NCBI GenBank assembly: GCA_963668315.1
Contig: OY764216.1
Location: forward strand, 4,480,001 to 4,544,000
DNA length: 64,000 bases
From: Spirochaetia bacterium
GTDB lineage: Bacteria > Spirochaetota > Spirochaetia > DSM-2461
Direction: 5' to 3'
Position numbers and translations under genes: made by a program. Below the pieces are notes generated by a model. That model was given only the letters and a program-made list of their open reading frames with translations, had not been told where the DNA came from and did not search any database. Positions 9,932 through 20,602 of the stretch are shown piece by piece; positions within the stretch are counted from its first letter, which is position 1, and each line of letters opens with the position of its first letter.

Positions 9932-11209
9932 TCACATCCTCCCCGAATTCAATAAATTCGTCATGATACTTACGGAAACGCCCTCTTTGCGTAGCGCCGC
10001 AAAAAAAGCCGCTTCCACTTCCTTCCCCCATAACGTACTCCCGAAGAACAGGGAGATACTGTCCCTGTAGCCGATGGCCGTCAAATTAATCCGGCCGGAG
10101 TTCCTGGGCGGAATGATCTCGTATTTTTTAACATACTTTCCCATCTTAACAGGCAGGCGGACCAGGCCGAGATTGGAAAAGCTCATGGTGTAGGTATTCT
10201 CACCCATTCTCCTGTTAATCCATTTGAGAATCGGCTTCTTGAGCAGGAGGGGGAGAACGCGGGACAGGACATTCGCTTCGCCCCGGATGTTGCGGGCTAT
10301 CTGCATCTTAAGGTAATTGATATCCATTTCGAGTCTCATGTAATCCCTTACCCGGCCGATGATATATTCCAAGGTGGTCCGCCCCAGTCTCGGATCAACG
10401 GTGGGCTCTACGGTCAGCATGAAGTTCCTCATTGTTTTGGAAGGGAAGAACTGCCTTACGTCGACGGGGATAGTCACCGTTACGGGCTTCATGCGCTTTT
10501 TCGTCCGCTCCAGGTCACATAGTACCTTAAGAAGCACTGCGCTCAGATAGACCCCTATGGTCACGCCGAAAGCCTCGGCGCGGATCTTTACATCCCCTGT
10601 AATCAGGATTCCCTCGATAATTCGGTATCTCGGCGGCTTGAGCGGTGCTCCCCTTAGCTGCGCCGCTCTCCGGCACGGCTTCGCCCGGGGGATATTCCTG
10701 TCGAAATTCCTTTTGTAACCGTCTGAATACTCCTCCGGGTCGCAGTCATCTTCGCAATCCAGAACCATCCCGTCGGAAGAGACGTCTTCTCCCATTATTT
10801 TCAGATATTCCAGAATCAGCCCGTTCAGAAACATTACAGCCGATTTTCCGTCGGCCAGTAGATGGGATGCTTCAAAGGCGATGCGATGGCGATAGGCGAT
10901 AATCCGGAAAGGAAGGACATCCCTTCTTTTGAAGGGGATATACTGGCAGGGCGACTGGCTCTCCCCATGAACGAGGGGCAGGGTATCGACCTTGTCCAGA
11001 TAGTACCAGAAGACGCCCTGCTTCAAAGTGACTTGGTAATAGGGGCATCGCGCCATCATATTCCGGGCCGCCTCTTCGAGTGCGCCTATTCGGACCGGCT
11101 TATCCATGAGAGCCGCAATCCGGAATATGGTGGTTCTCTCCTTTGAAAGAAGAGGAGGATAAAGCTTCCCCGCATTATCCAGGCGGTAATCGTAAAATTG
11201 CTCTTTCAT
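9932..11209 (-). CDS. CoA-dependent acyltransferase (alcohol acetyltransferase/condensation-like)
   Basis: LDNAGKLYP, HLLADG (HxxxDG), PVDVR..FPSKTMRNF and FSNLG. Confidence 0.75.
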   Translation of the reverse strand: MKEQFYDYRLDNAGKLYPPLLSKERTTIFRIAALMDKPVRIGALEEAARNMMARCPYYQVTLKQGVFWYYLDKVDTLPLVHGESQSPCQYIPFKRRDVLPFRIIAYRHRIAFEASHLLADGKSAVMFLNGLILEYLKIMGEDVSSDGMVLDCEDDCDPEEYSDGYKRNFDRNIPRAKPCRRAAQLRGAPLKPPRYRIIEGILITGDVKIRAEAFGVTIGVYLSAVLLKVLCDLERTKKRMKPVTVTIPVDVRQFFPSKTMRNFMLTVEPTVDPRLGRTTLEYIIGRVRDYMRLEMDINYLKMQIARNIRGEANVLSRVLPLLLKKPILKWINRRMGENTYTMSFSNLGLVRLPVKMGKYVKKYEIIPPRNSGRINLTAIGYRDSISLFFGSTLWGKEVEAAFFAALRKEGVSVSIMTNLLNSGRM

Positions 11210-11381
11210 CCTTTGGCTGCCCCTTCAATTATATATGATCCCCCGGAATAATGCCATCGGCCGTGATAAGAAACGCCGTTCCCTGTCCCCCATGCCTCCC
11301 ATGGGGAGAAAATCGGCACGGATGATCGAAAGAAGCGCGATTACGCCGGGAGTATGGTATAATGGGGGAAAGGACTAAGAT

Positions 11382-11603
11382 ATGAATAGAATCAAAACCG
11401 ATCAAGAGCTCAACACTATCGCCTTGAAAGTGGTGGATATTGCCGGTATCGCGGAAACCTTGAAAACAGCATGCGAAAAAGCCATTTACAGATATAACAA
11501 GGGAACACCCCTGAACCTTTCCGAGCTTGAAAGGAGTTTACTGCTGAAGGCAAATTATGGTGAAATGATTATATCAGACCAAACCGACAGATGGCTTCTG
11601 TAG
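11382..11603 (+). CDS. small hypothetical protein
   Basis: TATAAT and AAGGA RBS upstream; 73-aa ORF. Confidence 0.45.
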   Translation: MNRIKTDQELNTIALKVVDIAGIAETLKTACEKAIYRYNKGTPLNLSELERSLLLKANYGEMIISDQTDRWLL

Positions 11604-13268
11604 ACGCGAGTGGCGTACGGCCTCTTTGATTAAGGGGATAAGGGGAGGGGCTACGCTTAGCGTCCCTATGCCGCATGAAAGGAGCTTTTCCACGTTCTGC
11701 GGCTGACCTGCCAGTTCCCCGCATACGGAAAGGGGCATGTCCGGAACGTCTCCCCGGGTAAGGCCGATCAATCTGAAAATGACTTGGGAAGAATCATTGA
11801 AATAGGTCTCCACCGCCCCGTTCTCGCGGTCGGCGGCATAGGAATACTGGGTAAGGTCATTCGTTCCGAAACTGAGGAAGTCGGCATATTCGCCTATGAG
11901 CTTCGCAGACAATGCGGCGGCGGGGGTCTCGATCATGGCGCCGAGGGGGGGCGGGGATGTCATGTTTTCCTCGGAGCACAGCCGGTCGAGAATTTCCCTT
12001 ACCCGGGCCATTTCTTCCGGCAGGGAAACCATGGGCACCAGAATGCGGATGTCAAATTCCCGGGACAACTGGAGCAGAGCTCTCATATTGGTTTTCAATA
12101 GCTCCGGGTATCTGAAAAGGAGCCGTATGCCGCGCTGCCCCAGTGCGGGATTCGATTCGGCCAGAAAACTCATAAACGCCAATTGTTTGTCGCTTCCGAG
12201 ATCAAGAAGCCGAACGTTGACGGGCAGGCCTTTGGCGGAACTCAAGGTTTGCCTCATTTCCGAGAGCAGTTCGCTGACTTTCGGCGGAGCGATCCGCCCG
12301 AGATAGGCCCGCTCCATCCGATAAAGACCTATTCCGTCGGCACCGTTTTCCATGGCCCGCTCCGTGTCCTCGGGGCATCCGACATTCGCCAGCACGGAAA
12401 TCCGTAAACCGTCCTCCGTAACCGCCGGGCCGGCGGCTTTGAGCCTGACAATCTCCCGGTTTTGCCTGTTCTCATCCATTTTACCACGGAAAATACGGAT
12501 CTGCTTTTCCATAGGGCGGATAATGACTGTCCCCTCATCGGCGTTAACAAGCGCCGGATCTTCCTCGGAAAAGAGGGACTGGATACCGGATATGCCGGAT
12601 ATGCAGGGTATGCCCATCTCGCGCAGAAAAAGGGAGGCGTGGGAGCCGTAGCTTCCGTATTCAAGGAGAACGGCAGATATGGAACGGCCTGAAAGAAAAA
12701 CAGTATCGGAGGGGAGAAGGCGGGAGATAGCCAGCACGCTATGCTGCGGGATTTCGTCGAGGGGGTGGACTGTTATTCCGGCAAGGGCGTTTGAAAGGCG
12801 TATCGAAACGTCCTTCATGTCTTCTCCCTTGTCCCTTGAAATTTGGGAATCCATTAAAAGAAACCTCTTTTCCCAGCGCAGGAAGACGGTTTTCACGGCG
12901 CTGCTCGCGGTGACAAGGTTATCTTCTATTTCCCTTTTCAGCTCATTCCTTAAGGAAGTATCCTCCACTATCAGCTTGTGGATCCCGAAAATACTGGCCA
13001 GTCTCGCATCCACTTGCTCTTCCACGCGAACGGCTAGAGCGCATAGATCATCGGATACCTTTGTCGTAGCCTCATCAAGCCGGTAAAATTCTTCTTCGAT
13101 ATCATGGCGCTTTATGTCGGCGGGCACATCAATCGGCCCTAGAATATTGCGATGGGTGTGAACAAGCCCTTCCACAATTCCCGGGGAGAGGGGAATCCCC
13201 TTTACGATGAGTCCCTTCTTTTGTATCAATGATTCATCCTTTCCCATCTGATCCGGGGGGAGATTCAT
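11574..13268 (-). CDS. ptsP: phosphoenolpyruvate-protein phosphotransferase (PTS enzyme I)
   Basis: GSHASL phospho-His, GADGIGLYR.E, ESNPALGQRGIR, MIETP, GTNDLTQY and CGELA. Confidence 0.9.
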   Translation of the reverse strand: MNLPPDQMGKDESLIQKKGLIVKGIPLSPGIVEGLVHTHRNILGPIDVPADIKRHDIEEEFYRLDEATTKVSDDLCALAVRVEEQVDARLASIFGIHKLIVEDTSLRNELKREIEDNLVTASSAVKTVFLRWEKRFLLMDSQISRDKGEDMKDVSIRLSNALAGITVHPLDEIPQHSVLAISRLLPSDTVFLSGRSISAVLLEYGSYGSHASLFLREMGIPCISGISGIQSLFSEEDPALVNADEGTVIIRPMEKQIRIFRGKMDENRQNREIVRLKAAGPAVTEDGLRISVLANVGCPEDTERAMENGADGIGLYRMERAYLGRIAPPKVSELLSEMRQTLSSAKGLPVNVRLLDLGSDKQLAFMSFLAESNPALGQRGIRLLFRYPELLKTNMRALLQLSREFDIRILVPMVSLPEEMARVREILDRLCSEENMTSPPPLGAMIETPAAALSAKLIGEYADFLSFGTNDLTQYSYAADRENGAVETYFNDSSQVIFRLIGLTRGDVPDMPLSVCGELAGQPQNVEKLLSCGIGTLSVAPPLIPLIKEAVRHSRLQKPSVGLV

Positions 13269-13519
13269 TCCCCTCCGCGCCCTTCTTCCCCAGAGCGGGA
13301 ATCATCATGGCGGTGAAGCAAATACATGGCGCCGCCCCAAACTAATCCTGTCACGATAATAATCAGAACGCCGATCCAGGGAACAATGCCCAGAAGATAT
13401 AGGGCCAGGCTGAATGCGCCGAACAAAACCCCCGTTATGGCAAGAAAAGTTAACAGCCATACCCATAAGGGTTTATCCGAAAGGAAACTGATGATTTTGT
13501 TATCTGTGGAATTATGCAT
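13265..13519 (-). CDS. small two-TM membrane protein
   Basis: AGGAGG RBS; two hydrophobic helices; overlaps the ptsP start. Confidence 0.65.
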   Translation of the reverse strand: MHNSTDNKIISFLSDKPLWVWLLTFLAITGVLFGAFSLALYLLGIVPWIGVLIIIVTGLVWGGAMYLLHRHDDSRSGEEGRGGE

Positions 13520-13933
13520 AAGAACCTCCTACGGTTCCGATATGAAGATAGAAGGATGCGTCCGTTTCGGGTAAGGGAACCTGCTGCGTTCTCTCCGCAT
13601 AAACCTATCACTCGCAAATGTATGTTGCTCAGAGTTATTAGTAAGACTTTAGCAGGGCAGGCGAAAGTTGCAAGCATGTTGTCTAATGCTTGTCTCCTTC
13701 ATGTTCCTATGGGAATGGCAGAAGAAATGAAATAAATCAGTTCCTAAGGATATATTAGAAATTTAACTACAGAAAACACAATAAATCAATAGGAATTGAT
13801 ATTATTACCCGCAAAGGTTTCGCAGAGCCCATTTCTTATAGGTGCCATGCCAGCGAACCCGATGCGGATAAGGTGGGAAAGATATACCATGCCAGTCGAC
13901 AGCCGGAGCTTCGCCTGGGCATGGTATGGAAGT

Positions 13934-14194
13934 TTATCTCCTGTTAGGATTCGACTCGGAGACGTTGACCTTCAGATTTCTGCCAAGAACTTCCTTACCG
14001 TTAAGGGCCGATATCGCCTTGGAAGCTTCTTCATTATCTGACATCTCGACAAAACCGAATCCCTTGGAGCGGCTTGTCTCCCTGTCCAAAATGATCTTGA
14101 CGGAATTGACTTTGCCGAATTCGTCAAAAAGGTTTTGAACATCAAACTCGCTCGTTTCCCAACTCAGATTTCCCACATAAATATTACTAGACAT
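13934..14194 (-). CDS. RRM RNA-binding protein
   Basis: RNP2 IYVGNL and RNP1 KGFGFVEM. Confidence 0.95.
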   Translation of the reverse strand: MSSNIYVGNLSWETSEFDVQNLFDEFGKVNSVKIILDRETSRSKGFGFVEMSDNEEASKAISALNGKEVLGRNLKVNVSESNPNRR

Positions 14195-14362
14195 ATTGTC
14201 TCCTTACACCGGCGTCAACCGGTCTTGTTAATCAAGAGAATAAATCAAAATAATAAATGACGCGGAAAAGTATAAAGGATACTGAAAGTGGATACGATCG
14301 GGATCTTATGTTTAATAACGAATCAAAAAGAATAAATGAAATAAACTTGCTTGTTGAATAAG

Positions 14363-14391
14363 ACACTACCTTAGTTCATGCTTATTGTCAA
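14363..14391 (-). promoter_or_regulatory. sigma70 promoter for the RRM gene (long 5' UTR)
   Basis: TTGACA-17 bp-TAGTGT on the minus strand. Confidence 0.6.
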
Positions 14392-14508
14392 TACGGAGGG
14401 ACTTTTTTCTGAGTTGAATCTGAGAGCGGAACAATTTTTGATATCCTATTTTGAGTTCCCCCCGGATGAGCAGCCCACGGGATGCTAAAGGAAGAAAGGA
14501 AAGGATTG

Positions 14509-16737
14509 TCAATCGGAAAATTCATAATATGAAAAAACGGTAAGGTAGGATATCAGATAGGCAAGAGTGCTTTCCGCCCCCTGATTCCTATTGACCCCAT
14601 AGGATTTCAAGCCGTCGTTGCACCCTTTCGTTTCAAAATCGTAGAGAGGGACTCGCAGATCATTTTCTCCCAGAAACCACATAAAGGAGTCGAACATCTT
14701 TTTCAGGTCCCCTTTGTCCTGGCTGATTGCGTATGCCTTTTGGTACATAAGGATAACTGACATGGCATTGATGGGCTGCTGATCGAATTTGGCCTGTTGC
14801 TCCCCTTTTCGGAACCATTTCTCCGTCCCCACGGGGGAGAGGTAGCCCTCCCGCAATACCGTGCCTTCGAGGAATCCCATCGCCTCCTGAGCGATGGCCA
14901 GAGTCTCTGCGTCTTCGGTTAATTCGAAGGCGCACATTAGGGCGTAGGGGATCATCCCGTTATCATAGGTCAGGGAAGTTTCGAACCAGTGCCAGTCGTC
15001 AGAGTTATGATCCTTGTAACGGAGCAATATGCCGTTAGCCAGCTCCTTCAGTAGTTCAAAGGCATTTTCATCGCCGTTATACCTTTTGTTCCAGTGGTAG
15101 AGGCCGATGATGGAATTGGCTATACCCCTGAGGGACCCAAGCGATCCTATTTTCCCGTAGGATCTTCCGAACAGTTCCACCCCGATTTCAAGGAAGGCTT
15201 CGGAGGGGGCATAACGTATCATATACCCTAACGCCCAGATGGTTCTGCCGAAGGAATCCTCCGATCCCTCATCATCGAGAAAACGTCCGTCATAGGAAAG
15301 AAAATTTCTAAAGGATCCGTCTTCGTTCTGCATATATTGAATATAGCTCAGATAGTGGGGCATCAGTTGCAATGCCGAAGTATCCCTAAGCTGCCGGTAA
15401 GCCATGACGGACATCAATAGAGCTCTGGCATTGTCATCCAGGCAGTAACCATCTTTGAAACTGGGGATATTGTATTTGGCATGCTGGAGGATTCCGGTAC
15501 TGTCCGTAAGCCTTTCGATATGATCCATTTTGAACTGGGGAAGGAGCAGTTGCTTGATTTCCCATTCCGGTATCTCTTCTGTCTTTCTGTAGGAGCCGAT
15601 AGTCTCCGTGCATAACTCCCTATAGCGTTTTCCCACCTCCGGCCAGAATGTGAGCTTCCCATATTCGCAGGCGCGCGTCTTCAGTTCCTGCAATTTCGCC
15701 GGGTTATCCAGAAGATCATTGAGTATTTCCGCTAAGCCTTCCGAGTCGTTGAAATCGAACAATAACCCTCTGCCGTCGGCCAACAGTTCTCTGGCGTGCA
15801 AGTAAGGAGTCGAGATTACCGCAGTTCCGGCTCCCACCGCATAGGCCAGAGTGCCGCTTGTTATCTGCGCTTCATTCAGATAGGGCGTGACGTACAGGTC
15901 CGCCGCGCATAGGTATCCCAGAAGCTCCCGGGTCTCAATGTAGCTGTCGTCAAAAAACACATTGTCAAGGAGACCGTTTTTCCTGACAAGCAGCTTTAAA
16001 TAATTCCGATACTCCTCTCCCGAATTTTTTTGAACAGTGGGATGGGTTTTCCCCAGGATTATATATAAAAGATCCGGATGATTATTTACTACCTTGGGCA
16101 AGGCGTTGATTACGGTTTCCAACCCCTTGTTCCTGCTCAGGAAGCCGAATGTCAGAAGGGTCTTTTTCCCATCCAGCTTTAGTTTTCCCCTGTGAAAGTT
16201 CTTCCTGCTGAAATCAAATTCCGGCACGCCGTGGGGAATAACCACTATCTTATCTTCCGGTATATCGTAAACGGAGCTCAGAATCCCGATGGCGAGTTTA
16301 TTCATAACGACAATCCTTGACGCTTCTCTTCCGATTTCCATGATAATATTCCGTTCGTTATATGAAGGTTCTTTTAGCACCGTATGGAAAATAGGGATGA
16401 GGGGAACATTCAACCTATGTATAAGGGGCAGGATGTAAATCCCGCTGTTGCCGCCGAAAATACCGAACTCATGCTGCAGGAAACAAACGTCGGGATTTCT
16501 CCGGTTAATGTATTTGACGGCTTTCAGGTAATCCTGCGGCCGGTCCCGGTTAATTTCCTGGGTCACGATCTGAGGATAGTCATAGCCTGTGGGCTGGTCA
16601 TTCATAGCGATGACATAAGTCTCATTTTCTTCCATCGTCTTATCCCCCGCAGACTTTACTGCTTCCATAAAATCACGGGTGAATGTGGCGATCCCGCACT
16701 CCCGGGGGGGGTAGTTCCCAATACAGGCAATCTTCAT
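14509..16737 (-). CDS. GT4 glycosyltransferase fused to an alpha/alpha-barrel C-terminal domain
   Basis: YPPRECGIATFT, QHEFGIFGG, SGTLAYA; C-terminal GYCLDDNARAL and NQGAESTL. Confidence 0.88.
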   Translation of the reverse strand: MKIACIGNYPPRECGIATFTRDFMEAVKSAGDKTMEENETYVIAMNDQPTGYDYPQIVTQEINRDRPQDYLKAVKYINRRNPDVCFLQHEFGIFGGNSGIYILPLIHRLNVPLIPIFHTVLKEPSYNERNIIMEIGREASRIVVMNKLAIGILSSVYDIPEDKIVVIPHGVPEFDFSRKNFHRGKLKLDGKKTLLTFGFLSRNKGLETVINALPKVVNNHPDLLYIILGKTHPTVQKNSGEEYRNYLKLLVRKNGLLDNVFFDDSYIETRELLGYLCAADLYVTPYLNEAQITSGTLAYAVGAGTAVISTPYLHARELLADGRGLLFDFNDSEGLAEILNDLLDNPAKLQELKTRACEYGKLTFWPEVGKRYRELCTETIGSYRKTEEIPEWEIKQLLLPQFKMDHIERLTDSTGILQHAKYNIPSFKDGYCLDDNARALLMSVMAYRQLRDTSALQLMPHYLSYIQYMQNEDGSFRNFLSYDGRFLDDEGSEDSFGRTIWALGYMIRYAPSEAFLEIGVELFGRSYGKIGSLGSLRGIANSIIGLYHWNKRYNGDENAFELLKELANGILLRYKDHNSDDWHWFETSLTYDNGMIPYALMCAFELTEDAETLAIAQEAMGFLEGTVLREGYLSPVGTEKWFRKGEQQAKFDQQPINAMSVILMYQKAYAISQDKGDLKKMFDSFMWFLGENDLRVPLYDFETKGCNDGLKSYGVNRNQGAESTLAYLISYLTVFSYYEFSD

Positions 16738-16770
16738 AACATGTTTCTCCTTGAGGCTCGTACGTCCCTT

Positions 16771-18234
16771 CTACGGTAAGAGTTCTTTCAAAATCTCATC
16801 AACGTTAAGGGATGCGAATGATGATGCGGAATCGGACATACCGTAAGGTATGATCAGTTTGTTGCGATGGATCATCGAGCCGCAGGAATAGAGGACATTG
16901 GGTACGTAACCCTCCCGCTCTTCGTCATTCGCTATGAGAACCGGGTCGGCCAGCTGACCGATGACTTTTTCCGGGTGCTCCCGGTCCAGCAGGGTGATCC
17001 CAAGGGAATACTCCCTCATCGCCCCGACGCCGTGGGTGATGAGCAGCCAGCCTTTCTCCGTTTCAACGGGAGAGCCGCAGTTCCCGATCTGGACTAGTTC
17101 CCAGGGATAGTGCGGTTCTTCGATTTTTACCGCGTCATTCCACATAAGAAGATCATCGGAATACATCAGATAATTACAGAATCCGTCAATACGGGATACC
17201 ATGACGTATTTATTTCTGATTTTCCTGGGGAAAAGAGCCATGCCCTTATTCTGAACCGCCTTACCATGGAGAGGCCTGATTGTGAAATGGTAAAAGTCTT
17301 TGGTTTCAAGCAGCTTGGGGAGAATCGTAAATCCGTTGTACGCGGTAAATGTGGCGTAATAAGTGACAGACCCGTCCTCGTCGGTGAACCTGACGAACCT
17401 CGCATCTTCAATTCCGTTGCTTTCCGAACGGGAGACAGGGAAAATCACCCGTTCGGAGATTGTCGTGTCTTTGGAAAATTGAATTTCATAATGGGCGTCC
17501 GCCAGCCAGATGAGCGAGTTGATAACATTCTTTTTCGAGACGGTAACATTTTTGCCTTTCGTAGCTTTATGGATGCTTCTTTGGAGTTCCCCATAGGTAA
17601 AGGTTTCATTCAAAGATTCCATAATCTGGTTAACAATCTCTTTGTGGATGTTCATTTCATCCAATTTCTCTAAGTATTGTTTTTTGTCGTACTCTCGTAT
17701 TTTTACGATATCGGGCAGTTCCACAAGGTTGTTTGTGCCTTTGAAGGTCAGGTTGTTTTTACCATCAATAATACCGCTGCGGAATACAATGGATGAAATG
17801 TGCCCCTCCCCGGTGGCGCGGAAGCTGACTATGATCCTTTTCTGGCCCGCTCCGAGGTGATCCTGGTTGGGATCCTCAATGACGGACGGGTTGAAGAATG
17901 CCGCCGATTCGATGGAGTATTCATGGGTATAGAAAGCTCCCATCAGTAACTGCCTTTCAGAAGAAAGAGAATCCGGGTCAATTCCCAGATCATTGAGAAA
18001 ATGCCTTATATTCGAGAAATGCTTCTGGAAATGGCTGGTGATGTTCCTGTGCCTGTTGGCATAATTTGCCAAGATTGTTTTAAGTCTGGCTTCCACATCC
18101 CTGTCATCCAGCTTCAGAATCTTCTGGATAAGAATATGATTCCTCTCCGGGGGTCCGGCGATAAAGAATCTGGCGATTACCCTTTTGGGATCCGGATAGA
18201 ATCTGGTTTTAAACCGATTGACTTTAATACCCAT
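16771..18234 (-). CDS. GH130-family glycosidase/phosphorylase
   Basis: FNPS, GIEDARFV, KGMALFP and REGYVPNVLYSCG. Confidence 0.85.
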   Translation of the reverse strand: MGIKVNRFKTRFYPDPKRVIARFFIAGPPERNHILIQKILKLDDRDVEARLKTILANYANRHRNITSHFQKHFSNIRHFLNDLGIDPDSLSSERQLLMGAFYTHEYSIESAAFFNPSVIEDPNQDHLGAGQKRIIVSFRATGEGHISSIVFRSGIIDGKNNLTFKGTNNLVELPDIVKIREYDKKQYLEKLDEMNIHKEIVNQIMESLNETFTYGELQRSIHKATKGKNVTVSKKNVINSLIWLADAHYEIQFSKDTTISERVIFPVSRSESNGIEDARFVRFTDEDGSVTYYATFTAYNGFTILPKLLETKDFYHFTIRPLHGKAVQNKGMALFPRKIRNKYVMVSRIDGFCNYLMYSDDLLMWNDAVKIEEPHYPWELVQIGNCGSPVETEKGWLLITHGVGAMREYSLGITLLDREHPEKVIGQLADPVLIANDEEREGYVPNVLYSCGSMIHRNKLIIPYGMSDSASSFASLNVDEILKELLP

Positions 18235-18291
18235 ATATCATCACCTCATTAAATCTTAAGCGCCATCCATCCAATTAATGTTTGCCTATTT

Positions 18292-19458
18292 TCATGCTAT
18301 GAAATCAAAGAATGCCGTTTTCCTCTCTCTGACACAGTGCGCCGCATAGAGGTACATAGACGCCGACCAGGTCTGCCAGTCCTGCCCCCGGGGCGTTCCG
18401 TCCTGCGCCTTGATCCACTCGTTAAAGCCGTATTGAAGCTTCGAATCGGAAGCCTTCTTTATCACCCTTGTCAGCACGGCAAGCTTTTTCTCGGCAAGTT
18501 CATACTCGCCGGCGGCCACTATGGCGGCTATGTGGAATCCGCTGACAAAAGGCCAGATCCCTCCGTTATGATAATCACCCGGCAGATTGAACTCACCGTA
18601 TCTGTCCAGCCAGTCGGGATCGCCGGGAGTCATGTATGGGAAAAAATTCGGGGCCAGCTCTATGGCCAGTTCCCTTCTGCGGACCAGAGCTTCGCACTCC
18701 TTCTCAATCCAGAAAACGATTTCCTTTGCCCTGTCCCTGGCGACAAGGCCGGACAGAATGGCGATGCTGTTCCCCAACAGATCAAAGCGCTCGCTGCTGT
18801 AAATCTTAAATACCCAGAAAGCGAGATAGGGCTTACTCCCCTCCCTGAGCCGTGAGTGAACATGGGTGTGCTTTTTCTCACTCGTAATGTCAAAAAGCTT
18901 AAAGGCTCTGAGCATTCTCTCGGATTTTTCTTTATTGCCGAAGAACCTCAAATAACTGTATGCCAGGGAGTTGACATAGAGCCCATATCCGTTGACCCAT
19001 TGCTCGTCACGCCAGTCTGTTGTGGGGAGCTGGCCTATGAGCTCTTTATCCGTGGGGCTCTGATAGTCCATCCACCCCAGGGCCTTCTCTGCGGCAGCAG
19101 CGAGGAAGTCCGGTTCTCCCGTCGTCTGTCTGTATACCGCCAGGGCAAGGAGAAAGAGAGGAGTGGTGTCGCTGGCTCCCGTATTTTCTTTCTCATGGAC
19201 CAGGGAAGGAATCTGGCCGTGGGGGGACTGATTGTCGGCCAGCCTTGCAAGAACCCTTTCCATTTGGGCCAATAGCATCCCATCGCCGCTGACGGCGATG
19301 CCCAGGAGGGAGATTAACAGATCTCTCGTATAGGGTTCCGGGTAACCCCATCCCGCGGTGCGGGGCAAGCCTTCGAATGGCCCCCTGGCATTGTGCCTGA
19401 GGATTTCCAAAGCCGCCGATTCAGCCTCTTCAATTATCCTTTCGTACGCCTTATCCAT
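18292..19458 (-). CDS. six-hairpin glycoside hydrolase (GH100/amylo-alpha-1,6-glucosidase-like)
   Basis: YPEPYTRD, DW.D, YHNGGIWPF, FNEW and QTWSA. Confidence 0.75.
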   Translation of the reverse strand: MDKAYERIIEEAESAALEILRHNARGPFEGLPRTAGWGYPEPYTRDLLISLLGIAVSGDGMLLAQMERVLARLADNQSPHGQIPSLVHEKENTGASDTTPLFLLALAVYRQTTGEPDFLAAAAEKALGWMDYQSPTDKELIGQLPTTDWRDEQWVNGYGLYVNSLAYSYLRFFGNKEKSERMLRAFKLFDITSEKKHTHVHSRLREGSKPYLAFWVFKIYSSERFDLLGNSIAILSGLVARDRAKEIVFWIEKECEALVRRRELAIELAPNFFPYMTPGDPDWLDRYGEFNLPGDYHNGGIWPFVSGFHIAAIVAAGEYELAEKKLAVLTRVIKKASDSKLQYGFNEWIKAQDGTPRGQDWQTWSASMYLYAAHCVRERKTAFFDFIA

Positions 19459-19459
19459 A

Positions 19460-20602
19460 TCACACCAACTCCAGTTTTTCCTTTAGGATATCAAGGTATC
19501 TTTGTGCTACGACCAGATAGTCGTACTGCTCAACCACTCTTTTCCTGGCCTCTCTCCCCAGATTATCCCGCAGGGATTTGTTCGTCATCATTTCCTGCAA
19601 ATAGCGGGATATATCATCCACATCGGCTCGGTAATCCACAATCCGGGGAGGATCGAAAACAATCTTGCACTCCTCTGAAAAACCCGATTCGCTTCCCAAT
19701 ATGGTTTCCTTCATGACAATTTCTCTGGCGACTCCGGCCAGCATGGCTGTTTTCCCATGCTCCATGGTATCCCGGGGGCCCATGGCATTAATGCTCAGAA
19801 CGGCTTTGCCGCAGGCGCCGGCTTCGATCTGGGGCATTCCGAATCCCTCCAATCGGGACGGGGCTGCATAGAGATCACAGGCGGAAATAAGGTAGGGAAT
19901 GAAATTCCGGGAAATTATGCTGGTATGAAAGCTTACCCTATCTCCGATGCCCAGTCGCTGCGCCAGCTCTCTGTCCCGGGAATTCTGTCTTTTCGTTCTG
20001 CCCTGAGGCCAGACCTTGCAGACATATCGCCAGGGGGGTACCTTGTTGCCCAGACCGGCAAGAGCCTCCATTATTTCCCTGCCTCCCTTGGAAGCGGCAT
20101 CCCCCCCGATGGTCAGAATTATAAGCTCGTCATCCCCTATCCCCAAACTGCGTCTGATTTCCCGTACCTTCGGATCGCCCATGGCAACGGGATGGAAAAT
20201 CTGGGTTTCGCATCCCACGGGGAGAACCACGATATTATCCTCCCTGACTCCATCCCTAACATACATCTCCTTAACCCAGCGGGAGGTAACAAGAATAAGG
20301 GGAAGCTCGTTCAACACATCCTGGTAATTGGCGATATAGCCGTCCGCCACGAGCCAGGGAATGGAAAGGAGGCCGAATTCTTTAGGATGGAGGATGATAT
20401 CCGGCGTATAGCCCCAGTAACCGACACCGGTAACCACATTGGGCTTGAACCAGCGGAAATACCACTCCTTTTCCAGGGAGGACCGGTAGTGGGCGGCCTG
20501 GACGTCAATCCCCAGTTCACGGAGCCCTCTGAAAAGCATATCCCCCTGCGTTGACAGCCCGCCGGGCATGGGCGGATAATCGTACAGGACCAAAACTTTC
20601 AT
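19460..20602 (-). CDS. GT4 glycosyltransferase
   Basis: PSRLEGFGMPQIEAGACG. Confidence 0.9.
   Translation of the reverse strand: MKVLVLYDYPPMPGGLSTQGDMLFRGLRELGIDVQAAHYRSSLEKEWYFRWFKPNVVTGVGYWGYTPDIILHPKEFGLLSIPWLVADGYIANYQDVLNELPLILVTSRWVKEMYVRDGVREDNIVVLPVGCETQIFHPVAMGDPKVREIRRSLGIGDDELIILTIGGDAASKGGREIMEALAGLGNKVPPWRYVCKVWPQGRTKRQNSRDRELAQRLGIGDRVSFHTSIISRNFIPYLISACDLYAAPSRLEGFGMPQIEAGACGKAVLSINAMGPRDTMEHGKTAMLAGVAREIVMKETILGSESGFSEECKIVFDPPRIVDYRADVDDISRYLQEMMTNKSLRDNLGREARKRVVEQYDYLVVAQRYLDILKEKLELV

Noticed and set aside
13790..13930. c-di-GMP or other riboswitch
   Set aside because: Only a simple hairpin (ATACCATGCC..GGCATGGTAT) downstream of the RRM gene; no aptamer consensus recognised.
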